A stretch of 64,000 nt of DNA. Origin: Dinghuibacter silviterrae. Lineage in GTDB: Bacteria; Bacteroidota; Bacteroidia; Chitinophagales; Chitinophagaceae. Shown here piece after piece: positions 1 to 11,415 of the stretch. A program made the position numbers and the translations under genes. Location of the stretch: positions 410,768-474,767 of the forward strand of contig NZ_SODV01000002.1 of the NCBI RefSeq assembly GCF_004366355.1, given 5' to 3'. The notes under the pieces are model-generated. The model did no database searches and had not been told where the DNA came from. It saw nothing but the letters and a program-made list of their open reading frames with translations. Positions within the stretch are counted from its first letter, which is position 1; every line of letters begins with the position of its first letter.

Positions 1-1650
1 AAGCCTATGCACATTGCCAAAGACTCCACAGGAATCAACAAATTCTTTTACTGGTTCAACCGGTCCTTTAACCGGTTCACCATCCGGTATACCCTGATCG
101 TCCGTCGCGCCATTAAGGTCTGGCCGGTGATAGTGGCCCTGCTGATCGGCATTTTCATCGTCACCGCTCTTTTGTTCAAGGCCAAGCCCACCGGGTTCAT
201 CCCCCAGGAAGACGAGGGCCGTGTGTATATCACGTTTGAGCTGCAGGAGGCCACATCCACCGTCCGAAGTCTCCAAACCCTGCTCAGGATGCAAAAGGTG
301 CTGGCGGCGGACTCCAATGCGGTCGCGCATTTTGCGGCCCTGGGGGGATACAACGTATTGACGGGTGCGGCCAAGTCCAACAGCGGCACGATCTTTTGCC
401 AGCTCAAACCCTGGGACCAGCGGAAGGCCGACTCCCTGAAAAGCGACGCCATCGTCGCCGACCTCCAGCGGAAGTTCAGCATGGTGGCGAAGGAAGCCAA
501 CGTCGTTGTCATCCAACCCCCGGCCATCCCCGGGTTGGGCGCTTCGGCGGGTTTTACCTTTATGCTGGAGCAAAAGTCGGGGAACGGCGACATACAGGAA
601 TTCTCAAAAGTGCTCCAGAACTACCTGGCCGCTGTCAACAAACGTCCCGAAATCGGGCGGGCGTTCTCGTTCTTTACCGCCCGTACACCCGGTTACCAGG
701 TCACGGTCAACCGGGAAAAATGCAAACAACTGGGCATTGCCGTGTCGGACGTATTCACCGCCATGCAAACCATGATGGGGAGCCAGTACGTCAACGACCT
801 GACCCTTTACGGACGGACGTTTCACGTCGTGGCCCAGGCCGACACGACGTACCGCGACAACATCGCCGAGATGGGGAACTATTACGTCCGCAACAACGAG
901 GGCGCGATGATCCCGCTCAGCACCGTCATCAGCAGCAGGGTCGTCGAAAGCGCGCCCCTCATCACCCACTTCAACCTTTTCCGCTGCGCGGAAGTCGACG
1001 GCACGGCCAAACCCGGCTTTAGCAGCGGCCAGGCCATCCAGGCCCTGAAAGAGGTGGCCGACCAGACCCTGCCCGTTGGCTACGGGTATGAATTTTCCGG
1101 TCTCAGCCGGCAGGAAGTCACGCAAGGATCCAGCGGGACCTATATTTTTGCCATCTCCATTGTCTTCGTCTTCCTTTTCTTAGCTGCATTGTACGAAAGC
1201 TGGTCGGTGCCCTTCTCGGTGCTGATGGCTGTACCCATCGGGGCCTTTGGCGCCATCATCGCCCTGGTCTGCAAACCGGCGATCTCCAACAGCGTCTATG
1301 CCCAGATCGGTTTGGTGACCCTGATCGGCCTGGCCGCGAAAAATGCCATCCTGATCGTGGAATTCGCCAAGGAGCGGGTGGACAGCGGGATGGAGTTGAT
1401 ACAGGCGACCCTCGACGCGGTCAGGGTCCGGCTCCGGCCGATCCTGATGACGTCGCTGGCGTTTATCCTGGGGGTGATGCCCCTGGTGTTGGCGACCGGC
1501 GCGGGCGCGGTGTCCCGGCAGACCATCGGGATCACGGTGTTGGGGGGGATGTTGGCGGCCACGGGGTTGGCGATTTTCTTCGTGCCTGTTCTCTTTGTGT
1601 TGATTATGCGGATCGCGTATCGGAAGGAGTTTGCGCGGCGGAAGGGCTAA
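1..1650 (+). CDS. RND multidrug efflux transporter, inner-membrane permease (AcrB/HAE1 family), C-terminal ~549 aa; 5' end lies outside the window
   Basis: Reading frame is open from base 1. Translation shows the AcrB-type C-terminal transmembrane bundle ([18 protein letters not shown]...[14 protein letters not shown]...) and periplasmic porter-domain sequence. Confidence 0.85.
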   Translation, partial: KPMHIAKDSTGINKFFYWFNRSFNRFTIRYTLIVRRAIKVWPVIVALLIGIFIVTALLFKAKPTGFIPQEDEGRVYITFELQEATSTVRSLQTLLRMQKVLAADSNAVAHFAALGGYNVLTGAAKSNSGTIFCQLKPWDQRKADSLKSDAIVADLQRKFSMVAKEANVVVIQPPAIPGLGASAGFTFMLEQKSGNGDIQEFSKVLQNYLAAVNKRPEIGRAFSFFTARTPGYQVTVNREKCKQLGIAVSDVFTAMQTMMGSQYVNDLTLYGRTFHVVAQADTTYRDNIAEMGNYYVRNNEGAMIPLSTVISSRVVESAPLITHFNLFRCAEVDGTAKPGFSSGQAIQALKEVADQTLPVGYGYEFSGLSRQEVTQGSSGTYIFAISIVFVFLFLAALYESWSVPFSVLMAVPIGAFGAIIALVCKPAISNSVYAQIGLVTLIGLAAKNAILIVEFAKERVDSGMELIQATLDAVRVRLRPILMTSLAFILGVMPLVLATGAGAVSRQTIGITVLGGMLAATGLAIFFVPVLFVLIMRIAYRKEFARRKG

Positions 1651-1690
1651 ATGCCTATATTTACACCCCATTTTACCTTTCAACCCGGAT

Positions 1691-2668
1691 ATGGCTACCA
1701 CACAAAATCGACAATTCCTGGAATTTGAGAAACCGATCAAAGAGCTCTACGACCAGATCGCGCAGTTGAAGCACATGGCGGAGAAGAACCAGAAGGTGGA
1801 CTACAGGGCTTCTTTGGAGCAATTGGAGAACCAGGTCCAGGAGAGACGGAAGGAGATGACCTCCCATCTGACCAGTTGGCAACGGGTGCAGCTCAGCCGC
1901 CACCCCGAACGTCCCTATACCGCCGCCTATATCAAGCGCATGACCACCCATTTCATCGAACTCCATGGGGACCGGAATGTGCGGGACGACAAGGCGATGG
2001 TGGGCGGTTTCGGACAACTGAACGGGGAGACCGTCATGTTCATCGGGCACCAAAAGGGGATCAATACGAAGATGCGCCAGTTGCGCAACTTCGGCATGGC
2101 CAACCCCGAGGGCTATCGCAAGGCGCTCCGGCTGATGAAACTGGCCGAGAAGTTCAATAAACCCGTTGTCACCCTGATCGATACCCCCGGTGCCTATCCC
2201 GGTCCCGAAGCGGAAGAAAGGGGACAGGGGGAGGCGATCGCCAAAAATATCTTCGAAATGATGCGGCTCCGGGTACCGGTGATTTGTGTCATCATCGGCG
2301 AAGGCGCCAGCGGGGGAGCCTTGGGTATCGGTGTGGGCGACCGGGTCTTTATGATGGAGAATACCTGGTACACCGTCATATCTCCCGAAAACTGCAGCTC
2401 CATCCTGTGGCGGAGCTGGGAGCAAAAGGAAAAGGCTGCCGAGGAGCTCAAACTCACCTCCCAGGACATGTCCCGGTTCGGCCTGGTCGACGGGGTGATC
2501 CCTGAACCCGATGGCGGCGCCCACTGGGATTACGACATGGCCGCATCCATCCTGAAGGACCACCTGGTCCAAGCCCTGGGGGAACTTAAACAGATGACCC
2601 CCGAAGAACGGATCGAACAACGGATCAACAAGTTCAGCCAAATGGGCTTTTTTGAAGAAATTTCTTAG
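1691..2668 (+). CDS. accA: acetyl-CoA carboxylase carboxyltransferase subunit alpha
   Basis: [23 protein letters not shown]...; [18 protein letters not shown] and [19 protein letters not shown] are typical AccA motifs. Start placed at ATG 1691 inside the longer ORF 1631..2668. Confidence 0.88.
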   Translation: MATTQNRQFLEFEKPIKELYDQIAQLKHMAEKNQKVDYRASLEQLENQVQERRKEMTSHLTSWQRVQLSRHPERPYTAAYIKRMTTHFIELHGDRNVRDDKAMVGGFGQLNGETVMFIGHQKGINTKMRQLRNFGMANPEGYRKALRLMKLAEKFNKPVVTLIDTPGAYPGPEAEERGQGEAIAKNIFEMMRLRVPVICVIIGEGASGGALGIGVGDRVFMMENTWYTVISPENCSSILWRSWEQKEKAAEELKLTSQDMSRFGLVDGVIPEPDGGAHWDYDMAASILKDHLVQALGELKQMTPEERIEQRINKFSQMGFFEEIS

Positions 2669-2681
2669 AAATCAATAGGTT

Positions 2682-3572
2682 ATGTTAAGGACATTGCTGC
2701 GTGGGACGGGAGTCGCACTGGTCACTCCTTTTGGCGAGGACCAACAGGTAGATTATGGATCGCTGGCCGGTCTTATCGAGTACGTGATCAAAGGCGGGGT
2801 GGAATACCTGGTCGCCTTGGGCACCACGGGCGAACCCCCGGTGTTGACCGCCGAAGAGAAACGGAAGGTGCTGGCATTCGTGGTCGAAAAAGCAGCCGGA
2901 AGGGTGCCGGTCGTCGCCGGGGTCGGGGGAAACAACACCGCTTCGGTGATCCGTGACCTGGAAACCCTGCCCCTGGAGGGAACCGTGGCCGTACTCAGCA
3001 ACAGTCCATATTACAGCAAGCCATCCCAGGAGGGCATTTTTCAGCACTATAAAGCCATCGCCGCCGCTTCCCCCAAGCCGGTTATCCTCTATAACGTACC
3101 CGGCCGGACCGGGTCCAATATAAGCGCCGCGACCACGATTCGCCTTGCCCGGGAGGTACCGGGTATCGCCGGTATCAAGGAGGCCAGCGGGAATATGGTG
3201 CAGTGTATGGAGATCCTCCGGGACCGGCCCGCGGACTTCCTTGTCGTCTCGGGTGACGACCACCTGGCGCTCCCCCTGATTGCCTGTGGCATGGAAGGCG
3301 TGATCAGCGTGGCCGCCAATTCCTGGCCGGGGATTTTCTCCAGGATGATCCGGTATGCGCTTGACGAAGATTATGACAAAGCCCAGCCGTTGCTGGCAAA
3401 ACTTGTCGAAGGCATCAACCTGCTTTTTGCCGAGAACAACCCCGCGGGTGTAAAGGCATTCCTGGCCGAATACAAAGTCATCAAGAACGTGCTCAGGCTG
3501 CCGCTCGTGCCTTTGAGCGAGCCGTTGATGGAACAGGTCCGTGCTTATGCAGCGGCGCTTGGGGAATCGTGA
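2682..3572 (+). CDS. dapA: 4-hydroxy-tetrahydrodipicolinate synthase
   Basis: GVALVTPFGEDQQVDYGSL...LVALGTTGE...ILYNVPGRTG matches the DapA/NAL-family TIM-barrel signature. Confidence 0.88.
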   Translation: MLRTLLRGTGVALVTPFGEDQQVDYGSLAGLIEYVIKGGVEYLVALGTTGEPPVLTAEEKRKVLAFVVEKAAGRVPVVAGVGGNNTASVIRDLETLPLEGTVAVLSNSPYYSKPSQEGIFQHYKAIAAASPKPVILYNVPGRTGSNISAATTIRLAREVPGIAGIKEASGNMVQCMEILRDRPADFLVVSGDDHLALPLIACGMEGVISVAANSWPGIFSRMIRYALDEDYDKAQPLLAKLVEGINLLFAENNPAGVKAFLAEYKVIKNVLRLPLVPLSEPLMEQVRAYAAALGES

Positions 3573-3606
3573 GAAAAGACGTACTTTTTCCCACAAAACC
3601 CTATCT

Positions 3607-4029
3607 ATGCTCCAAAAAGTTTCTTTGTTCGTGGTCGCCGCCTTCCTCTGTATCACAGTACGGGCGCAGTATACCGTAAAACTCGTCCTGGACGCGATCC
3701 CGCCCAAACACCCCGATGACGCCATGTACCTCATGGGGGAATATAATCAGTGGACTCCTAACGATCCGAATTCCCAGTTTGTCAAGGACGCTACCGGGAA
3801 GTGGACGATGACGGCGGAGAATGTACCCGCCAATATGTACGAGATCAAGGTGACGCGGGGAACCAAGGAAACCGTCGAGTGTATGGGCGACGGCAAGCCG
3901 ATGGACAACCGGAAAGTGACCGTCAACAGTGATACGACATTCCACCTGACGGTGGCGGGTTGGACCGATGACTTTCCGAAACAGACGACTTATTTAAACA
4001 GAAAAGTTGTTCCTTCCAGCGCCAGATAA
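3607..4029 (+). CDS. small secreted protein with a CBM20-like (starch-binding-type) beta-sandwich domain
   Basis: Signal peptide MLQKVSLFVVAAFLCITVRAQ. The mature part has a G..NQW.P.DP ... W ... YEIKV pattern resembling CBM20/CBM-type carbohydrate-binding modules. No catalytic domain. Start chosen at ATG 3607. Confidence 0.5.
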   Translation: MLQKVSLFVVAAFLCITVRAQYTVKLVLDAIPPKHPDDAMYLMGEYNQWTPNDPNSQFVKDATGKWTMTAENVPANMYEIKVTRGTKETVECMGDGKPMDNRKVTVNSDTTFHLTVAGWTDDFPKQTTYLNRKVVPSSAR

Positions 4030-4787
4030 GTGCGCGGAAACACCTCTTGTGCCTCCTCCAGGAAGGGTTCCAGGTCTGCATACTTGCTGCTGAAATGCCC
4101 GATGAGGAGGTTCCCGGCCCCCGCCAGGCGCGCGATCTCCGCCGCCTGGCGGGTAGTGCTGTGGTAGCGCATCTCAGCATTGGCCCTGAGGTCATCCAGG
4201 TAGGTCGTCTCGTGGTACACCCAGTCGGCGCCCTTGATCTTCTCTACCAGGCTTAAGTCATACTTCGTGTCGGCGCAAAATGCATAAGACATGCCCCTGT
4301 CCCTGCCGGCCGCCCGTTCGGTCCTGGTCGGTTGTTTCTCCTCGAATAAAAAGCCCCAGCAGGCAATCCGGTGATTGGTGCGGAAACAGTGCACCGTGGT
4401 ATTCTTGTCTTCCGCAACAAAGCCTTCTTCGGGCAGCGGGTGAAACTGCAGATCGAAAGGCAAATGCGTATCTGCTTCTCTTAGTTGCAGTTGCAGGATT
4501 TGCCAGAGTGGCTCGGGGCCGTGGATGTGCAGGGGTTGTATGCGTCCAAGAAGCCCCATGCTGTTGATCAGGCCGATCAACCCAAAGTAGTGGTCGCCGT
4601 GCAGGTGGGAGATAAAGATGCGATGGATCTTCGAGCGCCGAATCTTATAGTGGATTATTTGTATTTGAGTCCCTTCCCCGCAATCGATGAGGTACAGGTG
4701 GTCCCGTGCGGTAAGGACCTGGGCTGTAGGGTGCCGGTCGAATGCCGGAACCGCCGAATTATTCCCCAAAATTGTGACGCCCTGCAT
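3990..4787 (-). CDS. rnz: ribonuclease Z (tRNA 3'-processing endonuclease, MBL fold)
   Basis: LIDCGEGTQ...SHLHGDHYFGLIGL is the metallo-beta-lactamase HxHxDH motif in an RNase Z/ElaC context. Size 265 aa. Confidence 0.85.
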   Translation of the reverse strand: MQGVTILGNNSAVPAFDRHPTAQVLTARDHLYLIDCGEGTQIQIIHYKIRRSKIHRIFISHLHGDHYFGLIGLINSMGLLGRIQPLHIHGPEPLWQILQLQLREADTHLPFDLQFHPLPEEGFVAEDKNTTVHCFRTNHRIACWGFLFEEKQPTRTERAAGRDRGMSYAFCADTKYDLSLVEKIKGADWVYHETTYLDDLRANAEMRYHSTTRQAAEIARLAGAGNLLIGHFSSKYADLEPFLEEAQEVFPRTYLALEGTTFLFK

Positions 4788-4793
4788 ACTGTG

Positions 4794-5186
4794 TTAGTCC
4801 TCCGTTTCGTTCCCAAATATCTCCCTTTCGATCTCTTCCATCTGTACGATGTCCCAGGCTTCGCTTTCTGTCGGTGTGACGTTGAGCAGGTCTAACAGGT
4901 CCCGGGAGGCCAGTTGCTGCCTGACCGCGGGCTGGAGACAACACGTGACAAAAGAGGCATGATGCGCCTGAAAAGCGGCTTGCAGGGCAGCCAGGCAGTC
5001 AGCCACGTCGTCGGCCATGGATTCCACGTTCTCAGCGTTAAATACAACGTTTTTAACGGGATTTTCAAGGAATTCATGCATCATATTCCGTATCTTATCT
5101 GTCAAATTAGCAGGGAGATCCGGCCCGAAAGGCGTTATAACATGAAATTTCTCTTTGGTATCAATTTTGACTTCTTTCCAATTCAT
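4794..5186 (-). CDS. STAS-domain protein (anti-sigma-factor-antagonist-like)
   Basis: 130 aa with a small alpha/beta STAS-like pattern. Immediately upstream of, and co-directional with, rnz. Confidence 0.5.
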   Translation of the reverse strand: MNWKEVKIDTKEKFHVITPFGPDLPANLTDKIRNMMHEFLENPVKNVVFNAENVESMADDVADCLAALQAAFQAHHASFVTCCLQPAVRQQLASRDLLDLLNVTPTESEAWDIVQMEEIEREIFGNETED

Positions 5187-5291
5187 AACGCTAATAAACT
5201 ACTTATTAACAGAATGTGCGGAACAACCGCCTAACGCTAGTCAAAAATATTTGTTATTATTGTAAAGACACGAAAAATCAAACCTATAAAA

Positions 5292-7838
5292 ATGGACCAT
5301 AATTTTTCAGCGCAGGTAAAAGAGATCATTTCATTTAGCAGGGAGGAGGCTTTGCGGCTGGGAAATGATTTCATCGGTACCGAACACCTTGTGTTGGGAC
5401 TGATCCGGGAGGGTGATAATACGGCAGTGAAGATATTGAAGACCCTTAACGTCGACCTCTATGAACTTCGTAAGGAAATCGAACTCGCTGTAAAGGATAA
5501 AACCGGCAAGAACATCGCCAATATCAACAGCCTACCGCTCACCAAGCAGGCTGAAAAGGTCATCCGGGTGACCGTGCTCGAAGCCAAGGCCCTCAAAAGC
5601 CCGCAGGTCGAGACCGAACACCTGATGCTGTCGATCCTCAAGAACCGCGAAAACATTGCGACCCAGATCCTGAACCAGTTCGACGTGGACTATGATGTGT
5701 TCCGCAACGAGCTTGGGATGGTACAATCCAATGCGAATCCCCGGTCGGAGTATGCGGATGACCCGGCGGAAGAAGAATTCGAAGACGAAAAGTCGCGCTA
5801 CGCCGGGCAAAGGGCAAAGGCCGCCGGTAATGCGAAAAGCAAGACCCCGGTCCTGGACAATTTCGGACGGGACATCACGCGCCTGGCGGAAACGGGTTCG
5901 CTGGACCCTATCGTCGGCCGTGAGGAGGAGATCGAAAGGGTTTCCCAGATCCTCTCCCGCCGCAAGAAGAACAACCCCATCCTGATCGGTGAACCCGGTG
6001 TGGGTAAAACCGCCATCGTGGAAGGCCTTGCCCTTAGGATCGTCCAAAGGAAGGTCAGCCGGGTGCTTTTTGACAAACGCGTCATTTCCCTCGACCTCGC
6101 CGCCCTGGTGGCAGGGACGAAGTACAGAGGCCAGTTCGAAGAACGCATGAAGGCGATCATGAACGAGCTGGAAAAGAACCGGGACGTGATCCTGTTCATC
6201 GACGAGATCCACACCATCGTCGGTGCCGGGGGTGCGAGCGGTTCGCTGGACGCTTCCAACATCTTCAAGCCCGCCCTGGCCAGGGGTGAGCTCCAGTGCA
6301 TCGGCGCCTCCACTTTGGACGAGTACCGTATGTACATCGAAAAGGACGGTGCCCTCGACCGCCGGTTCCAGAAGGTCATGGTCGATCCGCCCACCGTGGA
6401 CGAAACCATCCAGATCCTGAACAACATCAAACCCAAATACGAAGAGTTCCACAACGTGGAATACGCGGCCGATGCCGTGGAAGCCTGCGTCAAGCTGAGC
6501 GACCGCTACATCACCGACCGGCTTCTGCCCGATAAGGCCATCGACGTGATGGACGAAGTGGGCGCCCGGGTGCACCTGAAGAACATCAACGTGCCCCAGG
6601 AGATCCTGGACCTGGAGAAAAAGATCGAGGACATCAAACAGGAAAAGAACAAGGTCGTCAAGAGCCAGCGTTTCGAAGAAGCCGCTTCTTTGCGCGACAC
6701 CGAAAAGCGTCTCGGTGAAGAGCTGGAAAAGGCGAAAGGTATCTGGGAAGAAGAGTCGAAGCACAAACGCTATCCCATAGCCGAAGAAGACATTGCCGAG
6801 GTCGTCAGCATGATGACGGGTATCCCCGTCCGCCGGATGGTACAGGCGGAGAGCGACAAACTCCGCCGTATGGCCGAGGACCTGAGGGGTGCCGTTGTCG
6901 GGCAGGAAGAAGCCATCGACAAGGTGGTGAAAGCGATCCAGCGCAACCGGGTCGGTTTGAAAGATCCCAAGAAACCCATCGGTACCTTTATCTTCCTCGG
7001 ACCTACCGGGGTGGGTAAGACCGAGCTGGCACGGGCACTGGCGCGCTATATGTTTGATTCGGAGGAAGCCCTCGTCCGGATCGACATGAGCGAATACATG
7101 GAGAAGTTCACCGTGAGCCGCCTGATCGGCGCGCCTCCCGGTTACGTCGGATATGAAGAAGGCGGTCAGTTGACCGAGCGCGTCCGCAGGAAACCGTATT
7201 CGGTGATCCTCCTGGACGAAATCGAAAAGGCCCACCCGGACATCTACAACATCCTCCTGCAGGTCCTTGACGACGGGCAACTGACGGATGGCCTGGGTCG
7301 CAAGGTGGACTTCAAGAACACGCTCATCATCATGACCTCCAATATCGGGGTGCGTCACCTGAAGGACTTCGGGGACGGGGTGGGTTTCACCACCGCCGCC
7401 AAGATGCAGAACGCCGACGATAACAACAAGGCCGTGATCGAAAAGGCGTTGAAACGCACGTTCTCTCCCGAGTTCCTCAACCGTGTGGACGACGTGATGA
7501 TCTTCAACCAACTGACCAAGGAGCACATCTTCCAGATCATCGACATCCTGATGAAGGGCGTCATGGTCCGGCTGACCAACCTGGGGTTCACCATGGAGCT
7601 CACCGAAGAGGCCAAGGGCTTTATCGCCGACAAAGGATATGACTCCCAATTTGGCGCAAGACCCCTGCACAGGGCCATCCAGAAATACCTGGAAGACCCC
7701 CTGGCCGAAGAGATCCTGAACCTGCACATCAACCAGGGCGACATCCTGCTCGCCGAACTGGATAAAGAGGCCGGGAAGATCAAGTTTAAGAAGAAGGAGC
7801 AGAAGCCTTCTAAGAAAGAGAAGTCCGCAGAGGCGTAA
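5292..7838 (+). CDS. clpC: ATP-dependent Clp protease ATP-binding subunit ClpC (Clp/Hsp100 AAA+)
   Basis: Two Clp_N repeats at the N-terminus. Two Walker A motifs (GEPGVGKT; [11 protein letters not shown]). A UVR-like coiled-coil linker. ClpA/B signature sequences. Confidence 0.9.
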   Translation: MDHNFSAQVKEIISFSREEALRLGNDFIGTEHLVLGLIREGDNTAVKILKTLNVDLYELRKEIELAVKDKTGKNIANINSLPLTKQAEKVIRVTVLEAKALKSPQVETEHLMLSILKNRENIATQILNQFDVDYDVFRNELGMVQSNANPRSEYADDPAEEEFEDEKSRYAGQRAKAAGNAKSKTPVLDNFGRDITRLAETGSLDPIVGREEEIERVSQILSRRKKNNPILIGEPGVGKTAIVEGLALRIVQRKVSRVLFDKRVISLDLAALVAGTKYRGQFEERMKAIMNELEKNRDVILFIDEIHTIVGAGGASGSLDASNIFKPALARGELQCIGASTLDEYRMYIEKDGALDRRFQKVMVDPPTVDETIQILNNIKPKYEEFHNVEYAADAVEACVKLSDRYITDRLLPDKAIDVMDEVGARVHLKNINVPQEILDLEKKIEDIKQEKNKVVKSQRFEEAASLRDTEKRLGEELEKAKGIWEEESKHKRYPIAEEDIAEVVSMMTGIPVRRMVQAESDKLRRMAEDLRGAVVGQEEAIDKVVKAIQRNRVGLKDPKKPIGTFIFLGPTGVGKTELARALARYMFDSEEALVRIDMSEYMEKFTVSRLIGAPPGYVGYEEGGQLTERVRRKPYSVILLDEIEKAHPDIYNILLQVLDDGQLTDGLGRKVDFKNTLIIMTSNIGVRHLKDFGDGVGFTTAAKMQNADDNNKAVIEKALKRTFSPEFLNRVDDVMIFNQLTKEHIFQIIDILMKGVMVRLTNLGFTMELTEEAKGFIADKGYDSQFGARPLHRAIQKYLEDPLAEEILNLHINQGDILLAELDKEAGKIKFKKKEQKPSKKEKSAEA

Positions 7839-7926
7839 GCCTCCGCGCTGAGGCCCGCCGGGCCACATACAACAACTGCCGCAAGTTTGGTTTTCCCCCG
7901 AATTTGCGGCATTTTTGTGTCTGTAC

Positions 7927-8601
7927 ATGACAAAGATCATCATCACCATCGACGGCTGGTCTTCCTGTGGAAAGAGCACGCTGGCGCGCGGTTTGGCAAA
8001 GGAGCTGAAGTATGTTTACATCGACAGCGGTGCCATGTACCGCGCTATTACCCTTTATTTCCTCCGTCACCACGTCGACTGGTCCGACAACGCTTCCGTC
8101 CAGCAACACCTGGCCGATGTATCCCTGGAGTTCCACCACAACGCCCATACCGATCAATCCGAGATGTATCTCAACGGGGAAAACGTGGAGTACGTCATCC
8201 GCGACCTGGTCGTTGCCGAGAAAGTGAGCGAGGTGGCGGCCCTGGGGCCCGTGCGGACCTTTGCCGTGGCCCAGCAGCGCAAGATGGGTGCCCGCAAGGG
8301 GATCGTCATGGACGGTCGTGATATTGGCACGGTGGTCTTCCCTCACGCAGAGCTCAAGATCTTTATGACCGCCGACAACGCCATCCGCGTGGAGCGCCGT
8401 TTTAAGGAGCTCTATGCCAAAAACCCGAATATTACCATCGAAGAAGTGAAAAGCAACCTCGAAATGCGGGATTATATCGACTCACACCGGGCCATCAGCC
8501 CGCTCCGGCAGGCGGAGGACGCGGTGGTCCTGGATAACTCGTATATGACGATGGAGGAGCAGCTCGCCTGGGCCATCAAGCTCGTTCACGAACGCGTATA
8601 A
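7927..8601 (+). CDS. cmk: (d)CMP kinase
   Basis: MTKIIITIDGWSSCGKSTLARGLA is a P-loop in cytidylate-kinase context. GIVMDGRDIGTVVFP also present. Confidence 0.88.
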   Translation: MTKIIITIDGWSSCGKSTLARGLAKELKYVYIDSGAMYRAITLYFLRHHVDWSDNASVQQHLADVSLEFHHNAHTDQSEMYLNGENVEYVIRDLVVAEKVSEVAALGPVRTFAVAQQRKMGARKGIVMDGRDIGTVVFPHAELKIFMTADNAIRVERRFKELYAKNPNITIEEVKSNLEMRDYIDSHRAISPLRQAEDAVVLDNSYMTMEEQLAWAIKLVHERV

Positions 8602-9671
8602 CGCGCGATGATCTTGTCGATCAGGTATTCCTTTCTATAAAACGCCGCCAGTTTTCGGATCACGCCCTCGACCAGCGCATCGGGGCATGACGCCCCGCTG
8701 GTGAGCAGGATGCGCACCGGCCGTTTCCAGGGCAGGAAGTTTTTCGTCAGGCGTTCCTGGCGATGGTGAAAGTCATAGTGAAGGACCTCTTCCACCGAAA
8801 GGATCTTTTCTTCCGAATTGATAAAAAAGGTCGGCAGTCGCTGTTCGCACAGCTCGACAAGGTGGGTGGTATTGGAACTGTTGTACCCGCCCACCACGAT
8901 GGCCACGTCGGCGGGCGTTTCCAGCAACCCGTGCACGGCCGTCTGGTTGTCGTTCGTGGCGTAGCAAAGCGTGTCCCGGTTGTCGGCAAAGTCACCCCCG
9001 GGTAAGGCCTCGACGACCTGTTTGAGGTATTCCGCGATCGCCTGGGTGTCGCTGGCCAGCTGTGTGGTCTGGTTCACGACGCCGATCCGGTGGAGGTCCT
9101 TGGTGACATCGAAGCCTGTCGAATACCGTCCTTTGAAAGTGGTGTAGAAATCCTGGAGGGGTTGCTCGCCGCGCATGAAGGCCGCCAGCGTTTGCGCCTC
9201 CGCCATATCGTTGACCACCAGGGTAGGCGCATCGGCGGCGGCGTGGGAAAACGTGGCCCGGGTCTCTTCGTGCCGGGGTTTGCCGTGGACGATAATGGTA
9301 TACCCTTTCTGCCCGATCGCTTCGGCCCGGTTCCAGACCTTTTCCACAAAGGGACAGGTGGTGTTGTAGCGTTCCGTCTTCAACCCAATGGCATTCAGCC
9401 TGGACTCGATTTCCAGCGTGGTACCAAAGGCCGGGATGATCACGATGTCCTCCGCCGTCAGCTCTTCCATGGGGATGAGCTGGTGTCCATAAGTGTCCAT
9501 GAGGAAACGTACCCCCCTCTCCTGGAGGTCCGCATTGACTTGGGGATTGTGGATCATCTCGCTGAGCAGGAAGATCCTGCGTCCTGCGTTCTCCTCGATG
9601 GTCCGGAAGGCGATCTCGATGGCGTTTTCCACCCCGTAGCAAAAACCGAAGTGCCGGGCCAGGTAAATGTG
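8586..9671 (-). CDS. ispH: 4-hydroxy-3-methylbut-2-enyl diphosphate reductase, long C-terminal form
   Basis: MHIYLARHFGFCYGVENAIEIA (IspH N-terminal Cys motif), VIIPAFGT, GVVNQTTQ. The ORF is open up to 9914; start is ambiguous (9671, 9797 or 9851). 9671 gives the canonical N-terminus. Confidence 0.8.
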   Translation of the reverse strand, partial: HIYLARHFGFCYGVENAIEIAFRTIEENAGRRIFLLSEMIHNPQVNADLQERGVRFLMDTYGHQLIPMEELTAEDIVIIPAFGTTLEIESRLNAIGLKTERYNTTCPFVEKVWNRAEAIGQKGYTIIVHGKPRHEETRATFSHAAADAPTLVVNDMAEAQTLAAFMRGEQPLQDFYTTFKGRYSTGFDVTKDLHRIGVVNQTTQLASDTQAIAEYLKQVVEALPGGDFADNRDTLCYATNDNQTAVHGLLETPADVAIVVGGYNSSNTTHLVELCEQRLPTFFINSEEKILSVEEVLHYDFHHRQERLTKNFLPWKRPVRILLTSGASCPDALVEGVIRKLAAFYRKEYLIDKIIARYTRS

Positions 9672-9849
9672 CATGTCTCCAAAATCCAGGAGGGTCGGGC
9701 TAAAGTCTTTTTTCAGCTTGTCGCCTTCCTTCCGGTGTTGTTTGATGGCACTGATCAGGGGGCTCCGGTATATGATGGGAACGTCGAATTGCTTCATGGA
9801 AAGCTCGGTTTCGGGGCAAAGGTACGGCCCTTTTTCGTAGGTTTGTTCC

Positions 9850-11205
9850 ATGAGTATCCGGGCATATATAGGTTTTGCCTGTCTTGCGCTGACGGTGTCC
9901 GGCCGCCAACCCACAACTATGGAAAAACGATTTCAACCCCTTCCCTGGGTAAACGCCACGAATATATACGAAGTCAATGTCCGTCAATATTCTACCGAAG
10001 GGACCTTTATCGGCTTTTCCCGTTCGCTCCCCCGGCTAAAGGCCATGGGCGTGGAAACGCTCTGGTTTATGCCGGTCACCCCCATCAGCCGTGAAAAACG
10101 CCAGGGTACCCTGGGCAGCTACTACGCCTGCGCGGACTACACCGCCATCAACCCGGAATTTGGCACCCTGGAAGATTTCCGCAACCTCGTCCAGCAGGCC
10201 CACCGCCTCGGTCTAAAGGTCATCATCGACTGGGTCGCCAACCACACCGGCTGGGACCATCCCTGGACAAAGGCGCACCCCGACTACTACAAGCGCAACG
10301 AACACGGGCAGTTTTACGACCCCCATGGCTGGGCGGACGTCATCGACCTGGACTACAGCAATGCCGGTCTCCGCCAGGCCATGATCGAAAGCATGAAATT
10401 CTGGGTCCGGACCTGCGACATAGACGGTTTCCGTTGCGACATGGCCATGCTTGTCCCCCTGGACTTCTGGACCCAGGCCCGGGCCGCGGTGGATTCCGTC
10501 AAGCCGTTGTACTGGATGGCCGAGCTCGACCAGCTCGACAACCCCGACTACCTGACGGTGTTTGACGCCGCCTATACCTGGACCTGGATGCATACCACTC
10601 AGACCTTCTACCAGCAGCACGGCCCCCTCTCCGCACTCGACAGTGTATTGTATGCTTATAATAGTAAGCCGCCTTTTGACGCCATGCGGCTGTTGTTTAC
10701 GTCCAACCACGACGAAAACACCTGGAACGGCACCGAATACGAGAAATATGGGGATATGGCGCTTCCCCTGGCGGTTTTTAGCTGTACCTGGAACGGGATC
10801 CCCATGATCTACAGCGGGCAGGAACTGCCCAATCATAAGCGCCTGAAATTCTTCGAGCACGACCCCATCGAGTGGGGCGGGGGCACGCCGGCCCTCCAGG
10901 AGTTTTATCATACGCTGCTGACGCTGCACAGCCGCAATCCCGCGCTCCGCGCCGGCGACTCGCTGGTGACCACCTACCGGTTGCATACTACTGCTGATGA
11001 CAAGGTGTTTGCGTTTTTGCGCAAGCGCGGGGATAAAGAAGTGCTGGTGTACCTGAACTTCTCCAAGGACGCGGTGACTTTCCGGTTGAACGACGACTGG
11101 GCGGTCGGCGCGTATACGGACGCCTTTACGGGGCGCCGCAGCGATGTAGGGCGCGACCGGGATGTACTGCTACAGCCCTGGGGGTTTACCGTGATGGAGC
11201 GGTAA
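9850..11205 (+). CDS. alpha-amylase family glycoside hydrolase (GH13)
   Basis: GH13 conserved regions: KVIIDWVANHTG (region I), GFRCDMA (region II, catalytic Asp), MAELD (region III, Glu), FTSNHD (region IV). Possible N-terminal signal peptide; an alternative start at 9919 is possible. Confidence 0.85.
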   Translation: MSIRAYIGFACLALTVSGRQPTTMEKRFQPLPWVNATNIYEVNVRQYSTEGTFIGFSRSLPRLKAMGVETLWFMPVTPISREKRQGTLGSYYACADYTAINPEFGTLEDFRNLVQQAHRLGLKVIIDWVANHTGWDHPWTKAHPDYYKRNEHGQFYDPHGWADVIDLDYSNAGLRQAMIESMKFWVRTCDIDGFRCDMAMLVPLDFWTQARAAVDSVKPLYWMAELDQLDNPDYLTVFDAAYTWTWMHTTQTFYQQHGPLSALDSVLYAYNSKPPFDAMRLLFTSNHDENTWNGTEYEKYGDMALPLAVFSCTWNGIPMIYSGQELPNHKRLKFFEHDPIEWGGGTPALQEFYHTLLTLHSRNPALRAGDSLVTTYRLHTTADDKVFAFLRKRGDKEVLVYLNFSKDAVTFRLNDDWAVGAYTDAFTGRRSDVGRDRDVLLQPWGFTVMER

Positions 11206-11415
11206 TTTCTACCCTCATAATTTTTATACAGGTTTTGGTTGATAGGTTTCAGTTGGGTGTTTTATCTACAGCCAAAAAGTAAATTCATTGGAAAATATCA
11301 CAAAACAAGTTCTGGAAGAATTTATACGTAAAACTGACATTGAGTTAAGACCGACGCAGTATATAACAATCTGCCGATTGAAAAAATCCTGGAATCGCTG
11401 AAATAAGGCGTAATT

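Noticed and set aside
396-1740. Overlapping ORFs within the RND pump gene on both strands (396..1022 +, 604..1125 -, 1180..1740 -)
   Set aside because: Shadow frames of the AcrB-like CDS.
5532-7979. 815-aa ORF antisense to clpC
   Set aside because: A shadow ORF typical of high-GC DNA. It is Arg/Gly/Leu/Val-rich with no motifs, whereas the plus-strand frame encodes unmistakable ClpC.
9090-10094. 334-aa plus-strand ORF overlapping ispH and the amylase start
   Set aside because: No motifs. The region is fully explained by ispH (minus) and GH13 (plus, in a different frame).
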